Below are positions 28,035-37,877 of a stretch of 64,000 nt of DNA, piece by piece. Location of the stretch: assembly GCA_964372755.1 (NCBI GenBank), contig CAYJQX010000002.1, forward strand, positions 74,287 through 138,286, given 5' to 3'. Origin of the DNA: an uncultured Candidatus Saccharibacteria bacterium (lineage in GTDB: Bacteria > Patescibacteriota > Minisyncoccia > UBA9983). Below the pieces are notes generated by a model. The model had not been told where the DNA came from and made no database searches. It saw only the letters and a program-made list of their open reading frames with translations. Within the stretch, counting starts at the first letter, position 1, and the number at the start of each line of letters is the position of its first letter. The position numbers were made by a program, and so were the translations under genes.

Positions 28035-29014
28035 TTTAGGTTCTTTAAAAAATTTTCCGTTATTTCCTCCACCTCGCTTGCGTTTTTGGCTTCCAACAAT
28101 TGGCTTCTTAATTCTTTTGAGCCGTCAAAACCCGCAACATAAGCCTTATAATGTTTTTTCATTATCGCAAAACTTTTTATATCTCCGAGCTTTTTTTCAA
28201 AAAGACGCGTATGTTCCATCATCACTTTCAATTTATCTCTCGTTTTGATTTCTTCTTTTTTAATTTTCCTATCAAACAACCAAGGATTGCCGAAAATAGC
28301 CCTGCCTAGCATCACTCCGTCGCATCCCGATTCTTTAATTTTTTTTTCTCCATCTTCTAAATCCAAAACATCGCCGTTACCAATTATTTTAGTACCCAAA
28401 CCACTAGCAAGCTCCAGGATACGAGGCATTAGTTCCCAGTGAGCTGGCACAAGAGACATTTCCTTTCGAGTACGAAGATGGACAGTTAAAGCCGGTAGCC
28501 CTAAAGACAGCAACTCGGCAATCCATTCTTCGGTTTGGTCTTTATTGTAACCAATACGGGTTTTAACAGAAACAGGTAAACCACCTCCACCTTTTATTGC
28601 TGACTCGATAATTTTCTTGGCAAGAGTCGGATTTTTTATCATCGCTGCGCCAGATAATTGTTTTTCTATACTTCTATCTGGACAACCCATGTTGATATCA
28701 ATACCGTCAAAACCAAGATTTTTTACAATGGCCGAGGCTTCTTCCATTTTTTCCGGATTACTGCCGAATAATTGAGCCACAATCGGTCGCTCATTCTCGG
28801 TGTATTCTAAATCGCGTCTTAAAACTTCCCTACCAGCGCTCGCTAAACCATCGGCGGAAACAAACTCAGTCCAAAAAACATCTGGCCCGCCGTAAGACTG
28901 GCCATGCGCGCTGTATTTTGCGATAAGCTCCCGAAAAGCCGTGTCGGTCACATCCGCCAGTGGAGCCAGCACAAAAAACGGCTTTTTTATTTTTTCCCAG
29001 AAACCAATATTCAT
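28031..29014 (-). CDS. tRNA-dihydrouridine synthase
   Basis: VLAPLADVTDTAFREL and IDINMGCP Dus signatures. Confidence 0.8.
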   Translation of the reverse strand: MNIGFWEKIKKPFFVLAPLADVTDTAFRELIAKYSAHGQSYGGPDVFWTEFVSADGLASAGREVLRRDLEYTENERPIVAQLFGSNPEKMEEASAIVKNLGFDGIDINMGCPDRSIEKQLSGAAMIKNPTLAKKIIESAIKGGGGLPVSVKTRIGYNKDQTEEWIAELLSLGLPALTVHLRTRKEMSLVPAHWELMPRILELASGLGTKIIGNGDVLDLEDGEKKIKESGCDGVMLGRAIFGNPWLFDRKIKKEEIKTRDKLKVMMEHTRLFEKKLGDIKSFAIMKKHYKAYVAGFDGSKELRSQLLEAKNASEVEEITENFLKNLK

Positions 29015-29052
29015 ATTCCCAAAGGTATCATAAAAAATGATAGAATAAGAAG

Positions 29053-30258
29053 GTGAAGAAAAATAAAACGCAAAAATATCTTTTATTTGTGGTTATTTTC
29101 ATTGGAGGCTTTTTTCTTTTCTCCAATGAAAAAATATTAGCCGAAAGAACCGCCAAAACTACCGCTCCCCTTGAAATAGCCGGCTGGGTGCCTTATTGGC
29201 GCACAGCCACAGGCACAGAGGACGCCATTGCCCACATAGATTCTTTCAAAGAAATAAGCCCCTTCGGCTACACAGTAAAAAAAGACGGTTCTCTTTATGA
29301 CGCCATGAATATAGAAAGCGAACCTTGGCAGAATTTAATAAAAAAAGCCAAAGAAAAAAAAGTAAGGGTAATACCTACCGTGATGTGGAGTGATACCGAA
29401 AATATAGATAAAGTTTTACGGGATCCCGTGCTTAGAAAAAACCATATTACCGCAATAATGGCTATGGTTGGTAAACATAATTTTGACGGCGTAGACATAG
29501 ACTATGAAAGCAAGAAAGCCGAGACAAAAAACTATTTTTCTCTATTTTTGAAAGAACTGTACAAGGCGGCGGGTAAAAAATTTGTTATTTGCACGATAGA
29601 ACCGCGCACTCCGCTTATCGACAGATTTAATGTCATTCCCAAAGATATCGCTTTTGCAAACGATTATGCAGAGATAAATAAATATTGCGATCGAGTGCGT
29701 ATCATGGCTTATGACCAAAGACGGATAGATCTGCGTTTAAATGAGAAAATCACCGGCCTGTATAGCCCGGTTGCCGATGTTAGGTGGGTGGAAAAAGTGA
29801 TTCGTCTGGCCATGAAAGAAATAGACAAGAAAAAAATTGTTATCGGCATCCCCACCTATGGCTACGAATACAAAGTAACACCACTGGAGAAAGGTTTTTC
29901 TTATGATCTTCTTTGGTCATTCAATCCCCGATACGGTTTGGATATTGCCAACCAATACAAAATTACTCCCACCAGAAATGAGGCCAACGAATTAAGTCTG
30001 GCCTATATTCCAATAGTCAGTGGACAAGCAATGGAAAAAGAAAACGCCCGTGAGATCTCCGACGATGCAATTAGTTTGTCTTCAAATAAATCTGAGACAA
30101 CGAAAAATTATGGTCCTTCTTTCAATCTAATGTGGTGGAGCGACGCCAAAGCCATAAAAACCAAGGTGGACTTGGCTAAAAAACTTGGCGTGCGAGGAGT
30201 GGCAATATTCAAAATAGACGGTGGCGAAGATCCGGCGATGTGGGATATCCTCAAATAG
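29053..30258 (+). CDS. glycoside hydrolase family 18 domain protein (membrane-anchored)
   Basis: FDGVDIDYE (DxxDxDxE) catalytic motif with an N-terminal TM segment. Confidence 0.55.
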   Translation: MKKNKTQKYLLFVVIFIGGFFLFSNEKILAERTAKTTAPLEIAGWVPYWRTATGTEDAIAHIDSFKEISPFGYTVKKDGSLYDAMNIESEPWQNLIKKAKEKKVRVIPTVMWSDTENIDKVLRDPVLRKNHITAIMAMVGKHNFDGVDIDYESKKAETKNYFSLFLKELYKAAGKKFVICTIEPRTPLIDRFNVIPKDIAFANDYAEINKYCDRVRIMAYDQRRIDLRLNEKITGLYSPVADVRWVEKVIRLAMKEIDKKKIVIGIPTYGYEYKVTPLEKGFSYDLLWSFNPRYGLDIANQYKITPTRNEANELSLAYIPIVSGQAMEKENAREISDDAISLSSNKSETTKNYGPSFNLMWWSDAKAIKTKVDLAKKLGVRGVAIFKIDGGEDPAMWDILK

Positions 30259-30278
30259 GAAAAGATGTATAATCTGAT

Positions 30279-30824
30279 TTGATGAACAAAAAAGAAATTG
30301 CGGTCTTGGGCGGGGGATGTTTTTGGTGCACGGAGGCGGTTTTTAAAATGCTAAAAGGAGTTATTTCCGTTTCCTCGGGTTACGCCGGAGGGAAAACAAA
30401 AAATCCGACCTATGAGGAAGTTTCCCTCGGCAACACAGGTCATGCCGAAGTAATAAGAATAGAATATGATCCTTCTCTTGTCTCATACAAAACTTTACTT
30501 ACCGTTTTTTTTGGTTCACACGACCCGACGACACTAAACAGGCAAGGCGCGGATGTGGGCTCGCAGTATCGTTCCGTGATATTCTATTCAACGGATGACC
30601 AGAAAAAAGAATCGGAAGATTTTATTAAAGATATAAATAATTCTAATCTCAGTGGATCCCCGATTATTACTGAAATTTCCCCCCTTGAGGTCTTTTATCC
30701 GGCCGAAGATTACCACCAAAATTATTATGAAAACAACAAACAGGCCGGCTATTGCCAGATTGTCATCAATCCAAAATTAGAAAAAGTAAAAAAAGAATTC
30801 GCGCGGTTATTAAATAATCAATGA
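30279..30824 (+). CDS. msrA: peptide methionine-S-sulfoxide reductase MsrA
   Basis: GGGCFWCTEAVF active site. Confidence 0.85.
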   Translation: MMNKKEIAVLGGGCFWCTEAVFKMLKGVISVSSGYAGGKTKNPTYEEVSLGNTGHAEVIRIEYDPSLVSYKTLLTVFFGSHDPTTLNRQGADVGSQYRSVIFYSTDDQKKESEDFIKDINNSNLSGSPIITEISPLEVFYPAEDYHQNYYENNKQAGYCQIVINPKLEKVKKEFARLLNNQ

Positions 30825-30845
30825 TAGACGTCCGACGTCTATCAT
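30821..30845. repeat. perfect 12-1-12 palindrome overlapping msrA stop codon (copy 1 of 2)
   Basis: atgatagacgtc-c-gacgtctatcat. A near-identical copy lies at 59435-59461. Confidence 0.6.
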
Positions 30846-30863
30846 AAGTCAATCGTAAAAAAT

Positions 30864-31262
30864 ATGAACAATAAAAATATACCAAAGACAGAGGGTGAGT
30901 GGATGAGTAAACTCTCTGAAGAGGAATATAAAGTTTTAAGGCAAAAAGGAACAGAAGCGCCTTTTTCCGGAGAATATGTTCACGAAAAAAGTAGAGGCAC
31001 TTATAATTGCAAGGCTTGCGGTAATCCCCTCTTTTCATCTGATTCAAAGTTTGACTCGAGCACCGGCTGGCCGTCTTTTGATCAAGCCCTCCCGGGAGCT
31101 ACCAAGCAAGTGGAAGATAATTCCCACGGCATGAGGCGCACGGAGGTCGTTTGCGCCAAATGCGATTCCCATCTCGGCCATGTCTTTGACGACGGACCAA
31201 AGACTACCGGCAAGCGATATTGCATGAATTCCGTCTGTTTAGATTTAGAGAAAAATAATTAA
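30864..31262 (+). CDS. msrB: peptide methionine-R-sulfoxide reductase MsrB
   Basis: Two CxxC pairs plus the GWPSF...HLGHVF motif. Confidence 0.85.
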   Translation: MNNKNIPKTEGEWMSKLSEEEYKVLRQKGTEAPFSGEYVHEKSRGTYNCKACGNPLFSSDSKFDSSTGWPSFDQALPGATKQVEDNSHGMRRTEVVCAKCDSHLGHVFDDGPKTTGKRYCMNSVCLDLEKNN

Positions 31263-32548
31263 TGGAACTAAAAATGAAGAAAATATATTTAAATAGCATA
31301 TTATTCATTGTTATCCCTTGTCTTTTTTTGATACCTTATTATTTTGTTGCTAGCGAAGAAATTGAAGAAACTTTAGATCCTGCTGAAAATATAAAAAAAT
31401 ATTTTCGCCAAGATCTTTCCGAACCAGAATATAGCTCCCCTGATATATATGAAGGTCTTTCACCAGAAGACAAGGAAGCAATAGGAAGTTTCGAAAACTT
31501 TTTTCCCGGATTATCGGAGTTATCAAAAATGCTTTCCGGCAGTGATTTTTGTTACACCTTTTCAAAAAATATCAAGGTACAAAACTCTGAGACAGATAAT
31601 TATGACTGGGCCTCGCTAGATCCAGATATTATTGCCTTAACTTCAGCTCTAGAAGTTTTGGGACTATATAAAGGAGGTCTTCGTTCTTCTGACCAATCAT
31701 GGATAACGGATTCGACAAAGGAGCAACCTGTACCAGATTTTTCCTTTCATCGCAAAAGTCCTCTCGTAGAAGCCGCGATAAAATTTCAAAAACAATATGG
31801 TAACCTTGATTCTCAAGACGGCAATGTTGGGCCAAAAAGCATAAAGAAGCTAAACCAGTTGTTTAAATGCGATGATCCTCTGCGAATAGCCAGAAGGCGG
31901 GTAGCCATCTCTGAATTTTATCAGACAATTTTAGGGAAGATTCCAAGTGAAGAAAGAATTATCGAACTGGCTAAGGGCGATATTTCTATCAATGAATTAC
32001 AAAGAGAACTTCTTTTAACAGAAAAAGGTCAGACCTTTTTCAAAAAAATTTCCCAGTCTTCAAAAAAGCCCGCGCTCCAAATAGTGACACCAAAAGATAA
32101 CGAAGAAATGGAGATAGGTTCTATCCAGCTCCTCAGTTGGCTCTCATATAACACCCAAGGAATTCCGCTTTCCATAGAAATTTTCAGTCAAGAAGAAAAT
32201 AAAACTTATATTATCCAAGATAAAATCTACCATAATGGTTCTTTTATCTGGAACATAAATCAAACTCTTGACAACAAAATTATTAAGCCAGGTTACTATA
32301 TTCTCTTCATCTCCCACTATGATAAAAATGGAGAAAGATTTGCTTTATCCAGTAAAAATATACTTTTGAAAGATGTTCAGAGACCTGAACCAAAGACAGA
32401 TAATTTATTCAAAAAAATTTTCCAGAAAATCTCTGGGACTGAAAACCAAAAAGAAGAACAAAATCCACTTGAGCAAAACACTAATGTTTCTTTTTTCAAA
32501 AAAATTTTGAACGTAATATCTACCCCATTTAGATGGTTTGGTTTGTAG
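31262..32548 (+). CDS. secreted/membrane-anchored hypothetical protein with putative peptidoglycan-binding domain
   Basis: N-terminal TM segment. AIKFQKQYGNLDSQDGNVGPKSIKKL resembles PG_binding_1. Confidence 0.4.
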   Translation: MELKMKKIYLNSILFIVIPCLFLIPYYFVASEEIEETLDPAENIKKYFRQDLSEPEYSSPDIYEGLSPEDKEAIGSFENFFPGLSELSKMLSGSDFCYTFSKNIKVQNSETDNYDWASLDPDIIALTSALEVLGLYKGGLRSSDQSWITDSTKEQPVPDFSFHRKSPLVEAAIKFQKQYGNLDSQDGNVGPKSIKKLNQLFKCDDPLRIARRRVAISEFYQTILGKIPSEERIIELAKGDISINELQRELLLTEKGQTFFKKISQSSKKPALQIVTPKDNEEMEIGSIQLLSWLSYNTQGIPLSIEIFSQEENKTYIIQDKIYHNGSFIWNINQTLDNKIIKPGYYILFISHYDKNGERFALSSKNILLKDVQRPEPKTDNLFKKIFQKISGTENQKEEQNPLEQNTNVSFFKKILNVISTPFRWFGL

Positions 32549-32567
32549 GTAAAATATTTTACCTACA
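32544..32567. repeat. perfect 24-nt palindrome overlapping stop codon of 31262-32548
   Basis: tgtaggtaaaat|attttacctaca. Confidence 0.4.
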
Positions 32568-32604
32568 TGCAATGATTGTTTTGGAGATAAAAATGTTTGT
32601 ACCT

Positions 32605-34044
32605 TTAGAGCCCTTTTAATTTATCCAGACTTAGAAGCATCTCCCATGTATTGCCTTTGTCGTTAGACTTCCAAACACGCGCTTGGTCGGCATTTATATA
32701 GATGACACCGTTGTCAACCGGATCAAAGACTATGTTCGATACTCTATGGTCGTTGGTGACACCCCGCGGAAGCTTCCCGACAACACTCCATGTTTTTCCG
32801 CCATCAAGACTTTCAAAAAGATCATTTGGTTGCGCGTGAATATTTATTCCTATTAAACGCATGCCGTTTTTGTCGTGCGGATCGTATCGCGCAAAATTTA
32901 CCATCATATTGCTCGGCTCCTTGAGCGTGCCGTCAACCGAATAATAAACTTTGTCTGTATTATCTTTGCTTGCCATCAAATAAAAATGGTTTAGGTTTGA
33001 TGGCGAAACATCCAGATTTCTTATTCCGATACCAATCGTGCTGTCCATTTTTATCCATGTTCGTCCGGAATCGTTAGTTTCCAAAAATCCCCACTGTTCT
33101 TTTGTGGTTTTTTTATCAATATTTGTCCCGGACGGTAGTCCAAAAGTGGCAAGCCGGAGTTTTTTGGGATTTTGCGCGTCAATAAAAATTCCAGGGACCC
33201 TTAGGTTCTCAAAAAATCCCGTAGGGAGCTCTTCCCATGTTTTACCGCCATTTATTGTTTTATACAAAACTCCTTTTGAGACAAACATCTTTCCTTTGTC
33301 CGGACCATCCATGCCTTGTGGCATAGATGATGTTGTAACATAAACTATAGCCGTATTTGTTGGGTCTATAATAACGCTTTCCGTATAAGCGCTCATCTCG
33401 CTCGTGAATAACTGGCGCCATGTCGCACCACGATCCAAACTTTCAGATAGCCCTCCAAGACCTTCTCCCACTCTTCCGGGCGCACTGCCACCTGGCGCCA
33501 GAAGGCGATCGGGGTTTGAGGAATCTATGTATAGATGAAAACGAAGCTCATGGCAAGGTTTGGACGAATCATCATTTTTCGGCAACCCCTTGAGTCCTTT
33601 TCCCGAAAAAACCCAGGCATTTCCGCCGTCGATGCTTTTGTAAAGACCCTTGTACTCTACATTAATGTACATCTCCTTATTGTTCTTTGGATTTATTACA
33701 AAAGTTTTCTCGGTTCTATAGTTGTCGAAACCTAATCTAGGGTAGCAGTTGACTGGATAGCCTTGAACAATATCACTGTTTGATGTCGTTTGAGGTTTAT
33801 CGGAAAAAGACATTTTATTGTCGGGCATAACCGATTCTGGAACATCTTTGTGTCTCCCGCTTTCTTCAATATCCTGGATATTTCCAAAAATATCTTGCGA
33901 CTCATCTGTTGTTTTATCTTTTTTTTCTTTTATATCTTCTGTTGTTTGATTTGAAGAATGAAAACTGCCCGCCCAAAAAACGGCAACAGCAATTAATATT
34001 CCCGCAATTAAAACAGAAGTGAGACCTTTAATAACTCTAATCAT
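32605..34044 (-). CDS. BNR/Asp-box repeat beta-propeller protein (sialidase/Ycf48-like), membrane-anchored
   Basis: Six SxDxGxTW-type repeats (DGGNAW, DRGATW, NGGKTW, DSGRTW, DGGKTW, DKGNTW). Confidence 0.55.
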   Translation of the reverse strand: MIRVIKGLTSVLIAGILIAVAVFWAGSFHSSNQTTEDIKEKKDKTTDESQDIFGNIQDIEESGRHKDVPESVMPDNKMSFSDKPQTTSNSDIVQGYPVNCYPRLGFDNYRTEKTFVINPKNNKEMYINVEYKGLYKSIDGGNAWVFSGKGLKGLPKNDDSSKPCHELRFHLYIDSSNPDRLLAPGGSAPGRVGEGLGGLSESLDRGATWRQLFTSEMSAYTESVIIDPTNTAIVYVTTSSMPQGMDGPDKGKMFVSKGVLYKTINGGKTWEELPTGFFENLRVPGIFIDAQNPKKLRLATFGLPSGTNIDKKTTKEQWGFLETNDSGRTWIKMDSTIGIGIRNLDVSPSNLNHFYLMASKDNTDKVYYSVDGTLKEPSNMMVNFARYDPHDKNGMRLIGINIHAQPNDLFESLDGGKTWSVVGKLPRGVTNDHRVSNIVFDPVDNGVIYINADQARVWKSNDKGNTWEMLLSLDKLKGL

Positions 34045-34076
34045 TCAATTAAAATGTCCGACTCAAGTTAATTATT

Positions 34077-34712
34077 TTATTGCCCATACCACTGACGATA
34101 CCAACTTCGCATGGAATTGATCTCTCTGGTTTGAGCATCGATGATATTTTTTGCAAGCTGTTTCATTTCGGCACGATCAGTAGTACGCTCAAGCATTTGT
34201 GCCATCATTACTGCCGTTTGATGATGAGGAACCATTTTTTCAATGAATACTTTATCAAAATAGACAGCAGTCTTCAGTGATTCAATGTCTGTAGTGTCTC
34301 CCATCATACCCATATGGATCACTCCAGAACCCATGCCGTGGCTCGTTCCTGAGAATACATCCGGTACGTCATTGTCGAACCAGTTTTTGTACCATTCTCG
34401 CATTTGCGCGATTTCTTCGCTCTGTGTTCTTTTGATATCTTGCGCCAGGCTTCTGATTTCCTGATACTTAGATTTTTCTAGAGCAATTTCAGCCATAGTT
34501 ATCGCGTCTTCATGATGCGGAATCATTTGTTCGATAAAATGGGAATCGATCGCCCCCATCATCTGGTTTCCGCCCGTTATGTTATTGGGACCCATCATCG
34601 GGTTCCGATAACTCATCATTCCACCCCACATTGGCGTAATAAGCCAAGTAATAATAAATCCAATAAGCACACCGACCAAACCTGATACTAAATTTTCATT
34701 TTTCATATTCAT
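34077..34712 (-). CDS. DUF305 family protein
   Basis: Two repeats containing MIPHHEDAITMA and MVPHHQTAVMMAQ. Confidence 0.55.
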   Translation of the reverse strand: MNMKNENLVSGLVGVLIGFIITWLITPMWGGMMSYRNPMMGPNNITGGNQMMGAIDSHFIEQMIPHHEDAITMAEIALEKSKYQEIRSLAQDIKRTQSEEIAQMREWYKNWFDNDVPDVFSGTSHGMGSGVIHMGMMGDTTDIESLKTAVYFDKVFIEKMVPHHQTAVMMAQMLERTTDRAEMKQLAKNIIDAQTREINSMRSWYRQWYGQ

Positions 34713-34880
34713 ATTTTAACACATTTAAATTTTAATGATTCAAGATTGTCTGTTGTTCGTATAGAACTAATAATTGGTTACAGAAATATCATTTTTAGTT
34801 TGTACCCTAATGTATTAAAGACCTTCTGAACGTCATAAAAGTCCAGCTTCTAAAAACATAATATTAACAGCGGGAAAAAA

Positions 34881-35303
34881 CTACGGCGTCAGTTTCTCCA
34901 CTATTTTCTTAGTTATAAGTTTTTGTATTTCTTCTGTGGAAAGACTTAAAAGATCAACACCGCTTAAATCAATATCATTGATCGTCAAGTCGTATTCGCC
35001 GAGCTGTTTGGCAATTTCTTGTTGAATCACCTGCATTCTCACTTCAGAGGCCGTCGGCGTGCCTTTGATTTTGTAATCGTCTGGGTTAAGGCCCGCCTTT
35101 TCAATTTCTTTGTTTGTCACGTATTCCCGTACGTTCCAGGGAGCCACTCCTCTTAAATCGTAGTCATCGGGATTAAGCCCTGCTTTGATAATCCTCTCTC
35201 GAATAATCTCCTGCGCGATTTTGTCGTAAACAGGTAGCCCAAAATAAACTATAAATCCAACAAGCACAAGGACACCAACCGTATACAAAATCTTTTTTTT
35301 CAT
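34881..35303 (-). CDS. hypothetical membrane-anchored protein with internal repeat
   Basis: N-terminal TM segment. AGLNPDDY(D/K)..G is repeated twice. Confidence 0.35.
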   Translation of the reverse strand: MKKKILYTVGVLVLVGFIVYFGLPVYDKIAQEIIRERIIKAGLNPDDYDLRGVAPWNVREYVTNKEIEKAGLNPDDYKIKGTPTASEVRMQVIQQEIAKQLGEYDLTINDIDLSGVDLLSLSTEEIQKLITKKIVEKLTP

Positions 35304-35337
35304 AAAAAAAATTATATTACTTTGATAATATATATGT

Positions 35338-36540
35338 TTAGCGAGTTTTTAATAACTTTTCCGCATTTTTGTGCGCAAATCTTTCTTGCACGGAAGGGTC
35401 AAGACGTCCGATGAAAGCTCTTGAATATTCTTCTATGAGCGCGCTTATTTCCTTATCGTAATGCGGTCTAAATTGACGATCCGTCTCATACAGGAAACGC
35501 TCTGGATATGCCTCAATCACGTCTTTAGACCAACTAACACCCCGCTCCACGCTTTCACTTAACTTAGATTTTAGGTGTGGCAGTAATTCCTCTTTAGGTA
35601 CAGCCGTACCCATGTGTCTCTTCAACCACCCGTATGTTGGAAAATTTCCGCGAATAGAATAGTAGACGTTATCATTATTTGCGATAAGCTCCTTCAGCCA
35701 CTCGCGATTATCTATAACTGGCGCATTACCACCTTCGCTTATATGGTCCATGCCATGAAAAATAAATATTACATCGTTATATCGCTGGACGATTTTCTCC
35801 ACGTCGGCTTTGTGGTGGTTGAAAGGATGCATCATCACGATAAGATTGTATTCCCGCGCAAGGTCGAGCAGGGCGAGCACGTACGGATCGTCCGGCTCTT
35901 TTCCATCAAACATCTTTAGCTCTCCCATACCACTGAAGAGACCAGGATTTTCTTCAAGCGCTTTTTTGATCGAGCTCACACTGGGGTCGATGACAGAATT
36001 TATCATCGTCGGCATAAGAAAATGGACAATCATTCCCGGATACTGTTTCTCTATTTCTTTGGCTTTGTTAACTTCCGCATTCACTGAAAACTTGGTAAGC
36101 AGATGGAAACCATACACGCGCGATGTTCCCTCACGTCCCAAAAGACAATCAAGATATTTGAGATCCAATTCGCTATCCCACGCTGGTGTCGGTTGGCCAA
36201 CCTTTATTGAAGCCTCGCTAACAGCTTTTGAAGCAGTAGGGAGGTGCAAGTGAGAGTCTAGAAGCTCTCCGTCATAATAAGGCCCCGCCTCCATAGTTGG
36301 AGAAAAAGAAGGCGGACAAGCTCTGGTCTGATTTAAACCAAGAGAATTTTGTAATATATTTTTGTTATCGTTATTTGTGAAAAAGAAAATTCCAATACTT
36401 ATTATAACAACTATCACAATAATGCCTATAATCTTTTTTTTCGCAACGCCCATTAGATAGAGTATATCAATACTTAATATAGAGATCAAAATACAACTAC
36501 AAAAAATAATCCCCGTCTGGTGTTGTACTAAAAAAATCAA
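35338..36540 (-). CDS. amidohydrolase-like metal-dependent hydrolase (membrane-anchored)
   Basis: DSHLHL metal-binding motif. The likely true start is internal (MGVAKKK... as a signal anchor). Confidence 0.35.
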   Translation of the reverse strand: MIFLVQHQTGIIFCSCILISILSIDILYLMGVAKKKIIGIIVIVVIISIGIFFFTNNDNKNILQNSLGLNQTRACPPSFSPTMEAGPYYDGELLDSHLHLPTASKAVSEASIKVGQPTPAWDSELDLKYLDCLLGREGTSRVYGFHLLTKFSVNAEVNKAKEIEKQYPGMIVHFLMPTMINSVIDPSVSSIKKALEENPGLFSGMGELKMFDGKEPDDPYVLALLDLAREYNLIVMMHPFNHHKADVEKIVQRYNDVIFIFHGMDHISEGGNAPVIDNREWLKELIANNDNVYYSIRGNFPTYGWLKRHMGTAVPKEELLPHLKSKLSESVERGVSWSKDVIEAYPERFLYETDRQFRPHYDKEISALIEEYSRAFIGRLDPSVQERFAHKNAEKLLKTR

Positions 36541-36555
36541 TTGGTCAATTTCTCT

Positions 36556-36586
36556 GCAATGTCAAACACCGAGTGTTTGACATTGC
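36556..36586. promoter_or_regulatory. perfect 14-bp-arm inverted repeat with symmetric TTGACA boxes in a divergent intergenic region
   Basis: gcaatgtcaaacac-cga-gtgtttgacattgc. Confidence 0.4.
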
Positions 36587-36626
36587 AACGCAACTTTTTA
36601 CTTAACTGCGTGTTATAAATAATATA

Positions 36627-37376
36627 ATGACTGACAATGTGTCCATAAAAGTATTGGCCGTTGCCGTTGTAGGCGGTGTTTGTTTTGTGGCGAGCCTTCT
36701 TGTAATGGGGCTTACGGCCGAGAGGCAAGACAGGGCTAAAGAGGCTCAAGAAGAAATCGCAAGAGGTTGGGGAGAACGCCAAACTTTTGTCGGGCCATTG
36801 CTTGTCGCGGAGACGCCTGTGATACAAGGCGCGCAAACCCACATTGAGAAGGCGTACGTCCTTCCAAAAACTTTGCGCTACGAAACGACACTGGTCCCGG
36901 AAATACGTTCCCGCGGTATCTTTAGATCGGTGGTTTACACAAGTAAAGTCAAAGTATCGGGTGAATTCTCCGCTGATGACATGCGCACGCTAACATTGAG
37001 CGGCATTCGCATCGCCACACTCGCGGTGGTACGAGTACATCCAATCCAGTATCTTCTTGTTGGTTCGGCACTTGCGCTCTTTTATCTTCTCCTGCTCTCC
37101 CTTGCAGAACAGATCGGGTTTATGTTGGCTTATCTCCTGTCCACTATTACTACAGCTTTCCTTATAACCGCCTACAGTTCATTTGTTTTGAAAAGCAGCC
37201 GACGCGCCTTCCCTATTTTTGCGCTTCTCGCCGTACTCTACGCTTACCTTTACTTTATTCTTGGTCTCGAAGATTACTCGCTCCTCGCTGGCTCGATCTT
37301 CCTCTTTTTGCTTATCGCCACGATAATGTATTCAACTCGCAACACAGAGTGGTTTACATTGGGAAAGAAAGAGTAG
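36627..37376 (+). CDS. hypothetical membrane protein (CreD-like?)
   Basis: N- and C-terminal hydrophobic segments. Weak resemblance only. Confidence 0.3.
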   Translation: MTDNVSIKVLAVAVVGGVCFVASLLVMGLTAERQDRAKEAQEEIARGWGERQTFVGPLLVAETPVIQGAQTHIEKAYVLPKTLRYETTLVPEIRSRGIFRSVVYTSKVKVSGEFSADDMRTLTLSGIRIATLAVVRVHPIQYLLVGSALALFYLLLLSLAEQIGFMLAYLLSTITTAFLITAYSSFVLKSSRRAFPIFALLAVLYAYLYFILGLEDYSLLAGSIFLFLLIATIMYSTRNTEWFTLGKKE

Positions 37377-37377
37377 A

Positions 37378-37872
37378 CTACTGACTAGCTTTTTCTAGAT
37401 GGGCGATATTAAGCTTTGTCATCTCAAGCATGACTTTCATGACTGCCTCGGCTTTAATTGGATCGGGGTCAGTCAATAGCTTATCGAGCACGTTTGGGAC
37501 AATCTGCCAGGTAACGCCGAATTTATCGTAATCTATCCAGCCGCATTGGCCGGTCTTCCCGCCTTCGGAGAGTTTGTCCCAAAAGTAATCTATTTCTTCT
37601 TGTGTTTTACAACTGACTATAAATGAGGTGGCTGGGCTAAATTTAAATATCGATCCGCCATTGAGGCCGAGAAAGCTCTGGCCGTCCATCTCAAATTCCA
37701 CGGTTAACACCGAACCTTCCGGCTGGCCGGAGGCTTTTGCCGAAGATTCGCTATAATGTAAAATCTTGCCGATCTTGGCACTACGTCCACCCTCGGTAAA
37801 AACCTTTACATAAAAATTGGCCGCTTCCTCGGCTTTGTTATCAAACCATAAGCATGCGGTGATATTGGACAT
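37378..37872 (-). CDS. VOC superfamily protein, PhnB/3-demethylubiquinone-9 3-methyltransferase-like domain
   Basis: ITACLWFDNKAEEAANFYVKVF N-terminal signature. Confidence 0.65.
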   Translation of the reverse strand: MSNITACLWFDNKAEEAANFYVKVFTEGGRSAKIGKILHYSESSAKASGQPEGSVLTVEFEMDGQSFLGLNGGSIFKFSPATSFIVSCKTQEEIDYFWDKLSEGGKTGQCGWIDYDKFGVTWQIVPNVLDKLLTDPDPIKAEAVMKVMLEMTKLNIAHLEKASQ

Positions 37873-37877
37873 AGTGT

